The notes beneath the pieces are model-generated. The model did no database searches, was not told the DNA's origin, and saw only the letters and a list, made by a program, of their open reading frames with translations. The translations under genes were made by a program, and so were the position numbers. A stretch of DNA of 64,000 nt from Planctomycetota bacterium (GTDB taxonomy: Bacteria; Planctomycetota; UBA1135; UBA2386), in assembly GCA_965223545.1 (NCBI GenBank), contig OZ245006.1:96001-160000 (forward strand), given 5' to 3'. Shown here one piece after another: positions 1-9,151 of the stretch. The stretch's first letter is position 1. Every line of letters starts with the position of its first letter.

Positions 1-554
1 GCGCGCTGCAGCGCGATGCCGAGCTCGAGCTTGGCGGCGCCGAACGCGTGCCCCGCGTCGCGCTGCACCGTCGCCGCCAGCTGCGCCGCCGCCAGCTCCG
101 GCTGGCCGACGTGGAGCAGGGCGAGGCCGAGCTGGTAGCGCGAGGCCGCGTGCTCCGGGTCGAGCTCGACGGCGCGCTGCAGGTGGCTGAGCGCGTCGGG
201 CGCGCGGCCCAGCTGCCGCAGGATCCGCCCCGCGGTCAGGTGGTCGGCCGCGGTTTCCAAATGCTGCAGGCGGCCCTGCGCCTCGCGCAGGGGGGCGACA
301 TCGGTCGACATCCGAAGCCGCAACCGCGAGACGGCGAGCCGCAGGCTCGGCAAGAACGGGGGATAGGCGACCATCGCCACGCCGCCGGCCAGGCCGCCGC
401 CGAGGAGAAGCCACCCCAGGGCACCGCGCCCGGCGATCGCCAGCTGAACCGCCAGCTCCGGTGAGGAGAGGTGCACCAACCACAGGACGACGGGCACCAG
501 GCCCACCGCCCACAGGACGCCGATGCCAGTCGTGCGCAGGATGGAGGTCGTCAT
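1..554 (-). CDS. Membrane-anchored TPR protein (3' end runs off the window)
   Basis: Hand translation from ATG at 554: MTTSILRTTGIGVLWAVGLVPVVLWLV... with two hydrophobic segments, then TPR-like helices (ALSHLQRAVELDPEHAASRYQLGLALLHVG). No stop before position 1, so it is absent from the ORF track. Confidence 0.75.
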   Translation of the reverse strand, partial: MTTSILRTTGIGVLWAVGLVPVVLWLVHLSSPELAVQLAIAGRGALGWLLLGGGLAGGVAMVAYPPFLPSLRLAVSRLRLRMSTDVAPLREAQGRLQHLETAADHLTAGRILRQLGRAPDALSHLQRAVELDPEHAASRYQLGLALLHVGQPELAAAQLAATVQRDAGHAFGAAKLELGIALQR

Positions 555-689
555 CGAAAATACGCGAGAGTGCTCGACGCAGTGCTGACGATACCGTGCC
601 GGTGCACCCGCCGGGAGCCATCGCGCACCGAACGTTGCCCATCGATCTTCATGTCGCTCCTGCGGATCCGCCGTACTCGCCACGTCGCG

Positions 690-1844
690 ATGCTCGTTCG
701 GGCCGCGCTCGTCGCGGCAGTGGCGGCACTGCCGGCCGCGGCGCAGGTGCGCGCCGAGCGCCCGGCCGGAGCGTTGTTCGAGCAGGTCGTCGCCGTACTC
801 GAGGATCGAGAGACCGGTGCCGGTGTCCGCCGCGGTGAGCTGCCGGCCCTGGCAGCGCGCTACCGCGCGGCGGCCCGCCTGAGCGAGCCAGCAGAGGAGC
901 GCGCGGTCGTGCACGCCATGCTCGCCGAGCTGGGGGTCAGCCATCTCGCGCTGCTGTCCGAGCACAGCTACCGCGCGGTGATGGCGGAGCTCGCCGGCGA
1001 GCTGCAGCCGACGCTGGGATGCGGCATCGCCGTCACCGCCGGGCAGGCCTACGTCACGGCGGTGCTCGAAGGTGGGCCCGCCGAGCGCGCGGGGTTGACC
1101 AACGGCGACCGCGTCCTCGCGCTGGACGGCGTCCCGGTGCTCGAGTCGCCGCGGTTGGACTGGCGCTCTGACGATGCGGCGCTGCCGGGCCCCGCGCTGC
1201 ACGGCGTGCGCGTGCGGGCCGGCGACGTGGTGCAATGGACGGTCGCCGCCCGCCCCGGCGAAGTGCGTCTGGTGCCCGTCGCCGCCGCGCGCTACTCCGC
1301 GTTGCGCGCCGCCGAGGAGAGTGTCGCGGCAATCGACCTGGGCGACGTGCGCATGGGCTACGTCCACCTGTGGTACATGCACGACCGCGGGTTGAGCGCG
1401 CTGCTGCGCCGCGCGCTGCGGGGTGCGCTGGCCCGGTGTGACGTGTTGGTTCTCGACCTGCGCGGCCGCGGCGGCAGCGCTGCAGCCGTATTCGCCGTGC
1501 TGAAGATCCTCGAGCGCGATGGGCGACCGCTGCTCTGCCTGATCGACCGCGGCACTCGCAGCGCCAAGGAGGTCTTGGCGTACGAGGTGCGGCGTCGCGG
1601 CCTCGGCCGACTGGTGGGGGAGCGCACCGCCGGTGCGGTGATCCCCGCCTACTTCACCCGCGTCGGCGACGACGCGGTCCTGATGTATCCGGGCCACGCC
1701 TTGGACGAGTACACCGAGGCGCTGGAGGGCGTTGGCGTCCGTCCCGACTTGATTGCCCCCGGTCGCGGCCCGTACTCCGCCGGCCACGACGCGATCCTGC
1801 GCGCGGCCGTCGACCTGCTGATCGCCGAAGCCGCCACCCGCTGA
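690..1844 (+). CDS. S41-family C-terminal processing peptidase with PDZ domain, exported
   Basis: Signal peptide MLVRAALVAAVAALPAAA; PDZ motif VLEGGPAERAGL..GD; S41 motifs LDLRGRGG, TRSAKE, GERTAG and GVRPD. Start could be 651. Confidence 0.85.
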   Translation: MLVRAALVAAVAALPAAAQVRAERPAGALFEQVVAVLEDRETGAGVRRGELPALAARYRAAARLSEPAEERAVVHAMLAELGVSHLALLSEHSYRAVMAELAGELQPTLGCGIAVTAGQAYVTAVLEGGPAERAGLTNGDRVLALDGVPVLESPRLDWRSDDAALPGPALHGVRVRAGDVVQWTVAARPGEVRLVPVAAARYSALRAAEESVAAIDLGDVRMGYVHLWYMHDRGLSALLRRALRGALARCDVLVLDLRGRGGSAAAVFAVLKILERDGRPLLCLIDRGTRSAKEVLAYEVRRRGLGRLVGERTAGAVIPAYFTRVGDDAVLMYPGHALDEYTEALEGVGVRPDLIAPGRGPYSAGHDAILRAAVDLLIAEAATR

Positions 1845-2586
1845 ACGCGGCCCGCTCCGTCTTTGCGGCCTCGGCCGCGCTGAGACAGCCGGGGCCGAGA
1901 GTCTTCGAGCGGCGACAATGCTATTGAGTCGACGTCGCCGCCATCGCAACGGCGCCGTCGCAGGCTCGGAGAGGGTGCTCCTCCCTGTCGCACGTAGTCG
2001 GCAGTCATGCCGCGCGCGCGAGGTAGGCCGGCTAAGGTGTTGCCCGCGTGTTTAGACGTTCTTAGGCCGCCCGCAGGACGAGGTCGACCTCCTGCTCGAG
2101 GACCCACATGTCGCTGTGGGTGCCGGCTTCGCCGCGAACGAACCGCAGTTGGATCTCATCCGTCAGCGCGGTTGGTTGGAACGTGCGGAGCCGCCTCGCC
2201 TCGTCGAACTCGAGGGCGGCAGCATGGCGATCCCCCTCCAAGCCCAGGGCGTGCGCTCGAAGGAGACGCACGGGAAGTGAGAGTGTGGGGGTGGAGACCC
2301 GGTCGAGTGCCTTGCGCGCTTCGGCGTAGCTGCCGCTCTGCAGGCAAGCGAGGGAGAGAGCGGTGTTGAAGTAGTCTCGTTGCGCGGGAAACGGGCATCG
2401 CGTGGCGCCGTCGCGCAACATTCGTAGCGCTTGGGCAAAGCGACCAGAACGCAGAAAGGCCATTCCCTGGATGTGCTGGTAAACCCAATCGTGCTCCGTC
2501 GCGGGAGCTTTGGCTACGGGTGTGAGGATCTCTTCGTATCGACCCATCAGCGCCAGCAAGCCGGCCCGCCCGCTTCTGGCGAACAT

Positions 2587-3504
2587 GTCCTTTGGATGGC
2601 GGCGCATGACCTCGTCGTATGCATCGAGTGCCTCGTCGAGGCGGCCCATCGCCTTGAGGACCTCGGCGCGTCCGGTCTTGGGGACGACCTCGTTCGGGTG
2701 TAGGTGTGCGACCTCGTTGTATGCATCGAGTGCCTCGTCGAGGCGGCCCATCGCCTTGAGGACCTCGGCGCGTCCGGTCTTGGGGACGACCTCGTTCGAG
2801 TGTAGGTGTGCGGCCTCGTTGTATGCATCGAGTGCCTCGTCGAGGCGGCCCATCGCCTTGAGGACCTCGGCGCGGCCGTTCTTGGGGACGACCTCATTCG
2901 GGTGTAGGTGTGCGACCTCGTTGTATGCATCGAGTGCCTCGTCGAGGCGGCCCATCGCCTTGAGGACCTCGGCTCGGCCGTTCTTGGCAAAGACGTCCTC
3001 CGGGTGTAGGTGTGCGACCTCGTTGTATGCATCGAGTGCCTCGTCGAGGCGGCCCATCGTCTTGAGGACCTCGGCTCGGCCGTTCTTGGGGACGACATCG
3101 TTCGGGTGTAGGTGTGTGACCTCGTTGTATGCATCGAGTGCCTCGTCGAGGCGGCCCATCGCCTTGAGGACCTCGGCGCGTCCGGTCTTGGGGACGACAT
3201 CGTTCGGGTGTAGGTGTGCGACCTCGTTGTATGCATCGAGTGCCTCGTCGAGGCTACCCATCGCCTTGAGGACCTCGGCGCGTCCGGTCTTGGCAAAGAC
3301 GTCCTCAGGGTGTAGGTGTGCGACCTCGTTGTATGCATCGAGTGCCTCGTCGAGGCGGCCCATCGCCTTGAGGACCTCGGCTCGGCCGTTCTTGGGGACG
3401 ACATCGTTCGGGTGTAGGTGTGTGACCTCGTTGTATGCATCGAGTGCCTCGTCGAGGCGGCCCATCGCCTTGAGGACCTCGGCGCGTCCGGTCTTGGGGA
3501 CGAC
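2587..3504 (-). repeat. Nine tandem near-identical 102-bp units encoding 34-aa TPR repeats
   Basis: Consensus VVPK(T/N)GRAEVLKAMGRLDEALDAYNEVAHLHP(N/E)(D/E) occurs nine times; 9 x 102 = 918 bp. Confidence 0.97.
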
Positions 3505-4104
3505 ATCGTTCGGGTGTAGACGTACGGCCTCTTCGTATGCCTCGAGTGCGTCGTCAAGCCTCTCCTGCTGCAGAAGCGCGTCCGCGTACTGGCTCCACGC
3601 CCATGGATCGGCGGGCGCCTCGTCGATGGCCCGTTGAGCGAAGTTGAGCTGCAGCTCCAGCAGCCCGAGCAGCTTCGCCTCCTTCGCGAGGTCGCACAGC
3701 GATTTGACGAGGAAGGTGGCCCCACCCGCTTGCTGCTGGGATTCGGTGAGCTCCTCGGTGGCTCGCTCGACGAGGTGCCATTGCTCGCGCTTCATGGCGC
3801 GGATGATGAAGATCTTCTGCGTGTCGACACGTCGCTTCTGAAGCTCCCGATCGATGCGTTGGGCCGCGATCGAAGCCCGGCCTCGGGTGTGCCGGACGCG
3901 TTGCTTGGGCTCGCTAGGCTCCTTCGCCGCGTCACGCCGTTCGGGCTTGGTCCTCGATAGCGGTGGCTGGACCGCCGAGGCCCAGCTAAGCAGGGCCTGC
4001 CTCTCCCGTGGTGTGAGATTCTTGGCCTGCTCTTGCACCAGGATGCCGTGGAGGTGCTCATGGATGGGTTCTTCCGCGTGCAGCGCGGACGCCATGAACG
4101 CGAG

Positions 4105-5718
4105 GGGTGTGGCTCCGGCATTGAGCGGAGCAGCGTGATCGCACCCGAGATCTGGTGGTCGCAGGCTGGCTCGCCGCAAGTATTTGTGTAGAAGACACTT
4201 GTACAAGCATGCGCCCCTCCCTATCGGATACAGGATGCAACACCAGCGTCCTGGGAGGGGCGCTTCACGAGGGTACGTCCTCGTGAAGGTGCCAGTTGAG
4301 CACAAGGGGCTCGCCGAGTCGATGCAGAGCCTGGTCGACGCAACGGTGGCGGCGGCGGAGTCGAGCCGCGGCGGTCACGCGGTGGACTACGCGGACACGG
4401 AGAGGGCGATCGCCAAGCAGACCGCCGCGGTCGAGCGGGCAGCGCACGCGGAGGTGCTTCGCGCCCTCGACGTCGACGCGCCACGGATCCGGGTCCGAGG
4501 CGCTCTCTACGCCAGTTTCCGGCGCACGCCGGGCACGTACTTCACGATGGCGGGCGAGGTCAAAGTCGAGCGCACCGTCTATCGCCAAGTCGGCGTGCGC
4601 AACGGACCGATCCTCGACCCGATCAAGCTGCGAACCGGTGCCTACGGCCGCGGTTGGCTTCCTCTCACCGCCCAGTGCATGGCGAACGACATTCAGCGCG
4701 GCCCGTCGCGCGATGCGGCGGATGCTGCCCGCCAGACAGGTCGGTTTCCCTATTCGCGGGCCAGCTTCGAGCGCGTCGCGCACCATGTCGGCGAGCACTG
4801 GCTTCGCGAACACGCGGACATCGAGGACATGCTCACGCAGGAGTTCGACGTGCCAGCGGAAGCCGTCGCCATGAGCGTGGCAGTCGACCGCGTGTCCGTG
4901 CCGATGGAAGAGGCCGCGAAGCGTCGGGCGGGCCGACCGCGCAAGGACGCGCCAAAGCGGCCCGTAGACCGGAACTTCCGGATGGCCTACTGCGCAACGA
5001 TCACTTTGCACGACGCCGAAGGGGCGAGCCTGCACACGCTCCGGTACGGGTGCATGCCGGAAAGCGACGTCGACCTGTGGTTCGCTCAGATCGCCGGCGA
5101 GGCGTACAGGCTGTTGCAGAAGAGCCCGGACCTGCGAGTGAAGCTGCTGTCCGACGGTGCCCACGAGATGTGCAACCTGCTCCACACTCACTTCCCCGCC
5201 GCGGTGTTCGGCAACGTCGAGCAAGGCATCGACTTCTGGCACGTGGTCGAGAAGCTGGCGCCGGCCGCCGAGGTGATCTTCGGTGCAGACGGCGCCAAGT
5301 CGGAGTTGCACCGTTGGCGCGTTCGATTGCGCTGCGCGAACAGCGCAGCCGAAGAGATCCGCGCCGAACTGCGCGGTTCCGGCCTCGAGGATACTTGGCG
5401 GGACTCGAAGCGGCCCGTCCATGAGGCCATCACCTATTTCGAAAACCACGCCGAGCGCATGCGGTTCGCCAGATCGCTGCGCCTTGGTCTGCCAATTGGC
5501 AGCGGAGCTGTCGAGGCCACCTGCAAGACACTCGTGGCCGTGCGTATGAAACGCGCCGGATCGCGCTGGAAGTCGACGACCGGCGAACACGTCCTCCGCC
5601 TGCGTGCTCTGCCGCTCAGCGACCGTTGGGATCAAGCGATGCACAAGCTCCACGAAACCCGACGTACCGCCGTGAAGGTGGCCGCATGATCGAGTTGCTC
5701 AATAGCGGATCCACACCC
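4105..5718 (+). mobile_element. Complete insertion sequence, ISKra4 family (IS256/Mutator-related DDE), 1614 bp
   Basis: TIRs GGGTGTGGCTCCGGCATTGAGC and GGGTGTGGATCCGCTATTGAGC (19/22 identical); perfect 8-bp target duplication AACGCGAG at 4097-4104 and 5719-5726. Confidence 0.93.
4235..5689 (+). CDS. ISKra4-family transposase
   Basis: Motifs AVDRV, SDGA, IDFWH, IGSGAVEATCK and MKRAGSRW. Start chosen by homology to the second copy (MxxxRPGRGA). Confidence 0.9.
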   Translation: MQHQRPGRGASRGYVLVKVPVEHKGLAESMQSLVDATVAAAESSRGGHAVDYADTERAIAKQTAAVERAAHAEVLRALDVDAPRIRVRGALYASFRRTPGTYFTMAGEVKVERTVYRQVGVRNGPILDPIKLRTGAYGRGWLPLTAQCMANDIQRGPSRDAADAARQTGRFPYSRASFERVAHHVGEHWLREHADIEDMLTQEFDVPAEAVAMSVAVDRVSVPMEEAAKRRAGRPRKDAPKRPVDRNFRMAYCATITLHDAEGASLHTLRYGCMPESDVDLWFAQIAGEAYRLLQKSPDLRVKLLSDGAHEMCNLLHTHFPAAVFGNVEQGIDFWHVVEKLAPAAEVIFGADGAKSELHRWRVRLRCANSAAEEIRAELRGSGLEDTWRDSKRPVHEAITYFENHAERMRFARSLRLGLPIGSGAVEATCKTLVAVRMKRAGSRWKSTTGEHVLRLRALPLSDRWDQAMHKLHETRRTAVKVAA

Positions 5719-6298
5719 AACGCGAGCATCCCGGAGTCTACGGCGGCGCGGTGTAGCCGGGCTCGGCTCGCTTCGTCACCCACGATAGATGCCTGCAACG
5801 ACCTCCAAGCTAGAGTCACTCGCTGGACCATCTCCTGGCAAGCCACGAGCTCGTCGAGAAGGTCTCTCGACCGCGTCGCATTTGCTTCTGCAACGAAAGC
5901 GGGCAGCTCGGCTGGCCGCCTGGCGTGCGGCAGGGGCGCGGCGAGCAAGAGGTTGGTGACACGGTCGAACAGCATCGGATCGTCGAGCAGCTCCTCGAGC
6001 GCGTCGAGTGCGTCGAGCCGGACGTCGTCGGAGTAGGCTCCGTCGAGAACGATCGACACCATGTGGAGCGCGCCGTGGATGTCGTGCTCGCGCTCGAGCT
6101 CGCGGGCGACCTCCTCTGGCTGGCCTGTCGACAGCACGCGGATGTCGCTGGTGGCCTCGAGTAACCCCGGCAGTAGGTGGGGCAAATCGGCGAGCGTCCG
6201 GGGCACCGCGCGGTCCGAGGCGCCAGCGTGGAGGCTTACGACGCGCTCGCCGTCGACCAGCACCGCAACGCCGTCCCGTCCGGAGAGCAGAGCCTGCA

Positions 6299-7153
6299 TC
6301 AGCGAACCTCCATCTCGACGCCCCAGCGATCGAGATCCTCTCGCAACGCGCGCAGGCCGATGCGCTCCCATTTCTTCATCCTGGCGCGGGTGGCGACTAC
6401 CTTGGATACAGTGTGGACGGTCATCGGGCCCCAGACGTGAACCTCGATGAACTCATCCTCTGACGTATCGGTACCCTGCCGGAGGAGGAGTCTAGCATAT
6501 CGCCCCAGGTCCGGTGGATCCTTGACTCCGGAGGCCAGTTTGGCAGCCGCTAGCTTGGCCCGGTGTTCCCATGGAGCTCTGAGGCCCACTGGCAGCCGGT
6601 CGCTATCACCCATGCGAACGCCGAGTCGCTCGAGAACCAAGATGCAGTTCGCCTCGAACACCGACGCCCGGTGGGCGACCATGCTCTCGTCTAGCAGGAG
6701 GGAACACGGTCCGTAGTTGGTCAGCCCTTCGCTGGTGAGCGTGAGCGCGCCGAAGCGGATCTCCTCTCTGTAGCCGGGGAAAATGGCCTCCTCGACGACC
6801 CGGCGCAGTACGTCCCAACGGCTACCCTCTTCGAGCTGCAGTTCCGCATCGAGAAGCTTGTAGAACGTCGGATATACCGCCCGATCAGTTGCGGCGAGCT
6901 CTAGCACCCTGTTGACGCTGCGGCACATGACTACCTTCGCGGTCCTCACGCTGGTTATGAACGCGTCCAGTGCCGCCGAGGCTCCTCGCGCGGCCGCTTC
7001 GTCGCACGCACGCCGGTAGCGGTCTTCCAGCGCGGCGGCTTCGTTGGCGTGCTTGGCGGAGTTGACATTCGGGTAGAGGGCCGGCCGGGCGCAATGGGGG
7101 CACAGGTGGGCGCTGGGAGGGACGTCGAATCCGCAGAGCCGGCACGATTGCAT
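6299..7153 (-). CDS. Hypothetical protein: N-terminal Zn ribbon (CxxC...CxxC) plus DUF3626-like domain
   Basis: MQSCRLCG...CPHCA; motifs RxxxExxIF, IRFGAL, GLTNYGPCSLLL, RASVF and DEFIEVHVWG. Its TGA stop overlaps the ATG of the TPR gene (TGATG). Alternative start at 7192. Domain call is from remembered motifs, not a search. Confidence 0.75.
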   Translation of the reverse strand: MQSCRLCGFDVPPSAHLCPHCARPALYPNVNSAKHANEAAALEDRYRRACDEAAARGASAALDAFITSVRTAKVVMCRSVNRVLELAATDRAVYPTFYKLLDAELQLEEGSRWDVLRRVVEEAIFPGYREEIRFGALTLTSEGLTNYGPCSLLLDESMVAHRASVFEANCILVLERLGVRMGDSDRLPVGLRAPWEHRAKLAAAKLASGVKDPPDLGRYARLLLRQGTDTSEDEFIEVHVWGPMTVHTVSKVVATRARMKKWERIGLRALREDLDRWGVEMEVR

Positions 7154-7295
7154 GTGTGGGTTTGGCGTGAGGGAATTTGCCACGACGAGCATCTGGTTAG
7201 ACGCTCCTCGAACTCCAGGGCGTTCAAATCGCGTCCGATCTATCCTAGCAATCACACCAACCAAGCGGGCAGAATGCTGCCCAGGAGGAACTCCG

Positions 7296-7630
7296 GTGTC
7301 TCGTCGCAAACGACGGAAGTTCACGGCGGAGCAGAAAGCGGAGGCGGTCCGCGTAGCCCGCAAACCCGGCAGCGCGGCGCAAGCGGCGCGTGATCTCGAC
7401 CTGAGAGAATCGTGCCTGGGACGATGGGTGAAGCAGGCTGAGATCGACGAAGGCCGCGGCAGTGCCGGGGACCTCACCAGCGACGAGCGTGAGGAGCTGC
7501 GTCGGCTGCGGCTCCAGGTCCGGGGTGCTCGAGCATGAGCGGTCGTTCCTAAGAAAGCCGCGGCCTACTTCGCCGAGGACACGGTCAACGAGAGGCGTCC
7601 AAGTTGATCGCGGCGGAACGGGCCTCGTAC
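7296..7630 (+). pseudogene. IS3-family transposase relic (orfA frameshifted, orfB truncated)
   Basis: AGGAGG RBS then GTG: SRRKRRKFTAEQKAEAVR...AARDLDL.ES.L.RWVKQAE...EREELRRLR; the LEHERSFL and AAYFA segments are in other frames; orfB start (IAAERASY) is cut at 7630. Confidence 0.85.
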
Positions 7631-9050
7631 GGGTGTGGATCTCGGATTTCCCCTCCGTATCGGATGCAGGATGCTAATCACGCGTCCTGGGAGGGGCGCC
7701 GTCGAAGAAAACATCGTCGTCACGGTGCCAGTTGCCTGCAAGAAGATCGTCGAACCCATGATGGCGCTCGGTACGTCGATCGCCACGCGAGCGGAGAGCG
7801 CTCGTCGAGGCGGCGAGGCCGTGGACTACTCCGCGGTCGAGCGCGAGATCGCGGAGCTGACTGCGGCGGTAAGAGCGAGCAGCGCATGAGTGCGTAATCG
7901 GAGCCATCGAGATCGACGCGCGCCGGATCGAGATCGGCGGGAGAAGGTACACCAGCGTCGGACGTGGTATGGGCACGTACTACACGTTGGCCGGCCCACT
8001 CAAGATGCCCCGCACGCTGTACCGCGAGCTCGGGGCGGGCGATGCTCCGACCGTCGACGTGATCAGCCTGCGCACGGGCGCCATCGCGGACGACTGGTTG
8101 CCGCAGACCGCCCGGGCGATGGCGCATGAGCTGCAGATGGCGACATCGCGGGAAGCCGAGAAGACCAGCAAGGAAACCGGTCGCCTTCCGTACTCACGTG
8201 CCAGCTTCGAGCGAGTGCCGCGCGAAGTTCGAGCGCTCTACCTGCGATATCGGGCCGACATCCAAGACGACCTCGTGCGCAGCCTCGAGATCCCAACAAA
8301 GGCACGTTCCGTCTCGGTGTCCCTGGATCGAGCCAGCGAGCCGATGGAGGAACCGATCGCGAGAGGTCCGGGGCGTCCACGCAAGGGGGCCCCCAAGATC
8401 AAGCGCGTGTTCCACGATGGCGTACTGCGGCACGGTGACGTTGCATGATGCTCGTGGGAAGGCGCTGTACACGATGCGCTTCGGGCAGATGCCCGGGCTC
8501 GACGCGCAAGACTCGTGCAACGCCATGGGAAACACGGTGTACCGGCTTCGGGAGAAACAGCCCGGGCTCCTGCTTCAACTGCTTGCCGACGGTGCACACG
8601 AGATGTGGAATCTGCTCGAGCCGAGCTTCCCGGTCGCAGCCTTCGGTCCACGACACTTGCTCATCGACTTCTGGCACGTCGTCGAGAAGGCGGGGCCGGC
8701 GGCAGCAGCCATCTTCGGTGCGAGCGAAGGCCGTGATGTGATGAGGCGTTGGCGGCGCCTGCTCAAGCGCCGGAAGGACGCCGGCGAGCAGATCCTCGCC
8801 GAGCTCGAGGCATCGGGCTGCGAGGAGATCGATGTCGACTCCGACGCGGAACGACCGGTCCACGATGCGATCACCTTCCTAACCAACCACGCCGATCGAC
8901 TGAACTACGCGGGCGCGATCGTGAAGGGCCTGCCGATCGGCAGCGACAGTGTCGAGGCCTCCTGTAAGACACTGGTCGGGGTTTGCATGAAGCGCGCCGG
9001 ATCGAGGTGGAAAGAAGAAACCGGCGAACACGTGATCAAGCTCCGCGCTC
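7631..9050 (+). mobile_element. Degenerate second ISKra4-family element (frameshifted transposase, right end missing)
   Basis: Begins GGGTGTGGATC like the TIR of the intact element. Fragments in three frames are homologous to the 4235 transposase (RPGRGA, GRLPYSRASFERV, MAYCGTVTLHD, ADGAHEMW, IDFWH, IGSDSVEASCK). No right TIR or second target copy was found. Confidence 0.85.
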
Positions 9051-9151
9051 ACTGGGTCGAGATTCACGGCAAACCCGCAGGTCACCCGTTTCCCGCAACC
9101 ATGGTTGCAAGGCAGCGCACCGGTCTCCTCACAAGACAGCGCGCGCGGTGA

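Larger units (their letters stand above)
2062..6299 (-). pseudogene. Large TPR protein (871 aa when reconstructed) interrupted by an ISKra4-family element
   Basis: N-terminal part 6299..5719 (MQALLSGRDGVAVLVDG...DSGMLA) and C-terminal part 4096..2062 (MASALHAEE...TPRs) rejoin in frame (DSGMLAFMASAL) when the IS and one target-duplication copy are removed. Confidence 0.9.

Noticed and set aside
2587..3504. Tandem repeats as a CRISPR array or DGR variable region
   Set aside because: Units are contiguous, in-frame 102-bp repeats without unique spacers; no cas gene, reverse transcriptase or template repeat is in the window.
2510..3725. Long alternative-frame ORFs over the TPR array (2510..3637 +, 2547..3725 -)
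   Set aside because: These are shadows produced by repeating a stop-free unit; the translations are low-complexity Ser/Arg/Thr.
2052..7203. TTAGACG on both sides of the two-gene module (GTTAGAC at 7196 fits an integron core site)
   Set aside because: Only a 7-bp match, with no complete attC pairing and no integrase; chance cannot be excluded.
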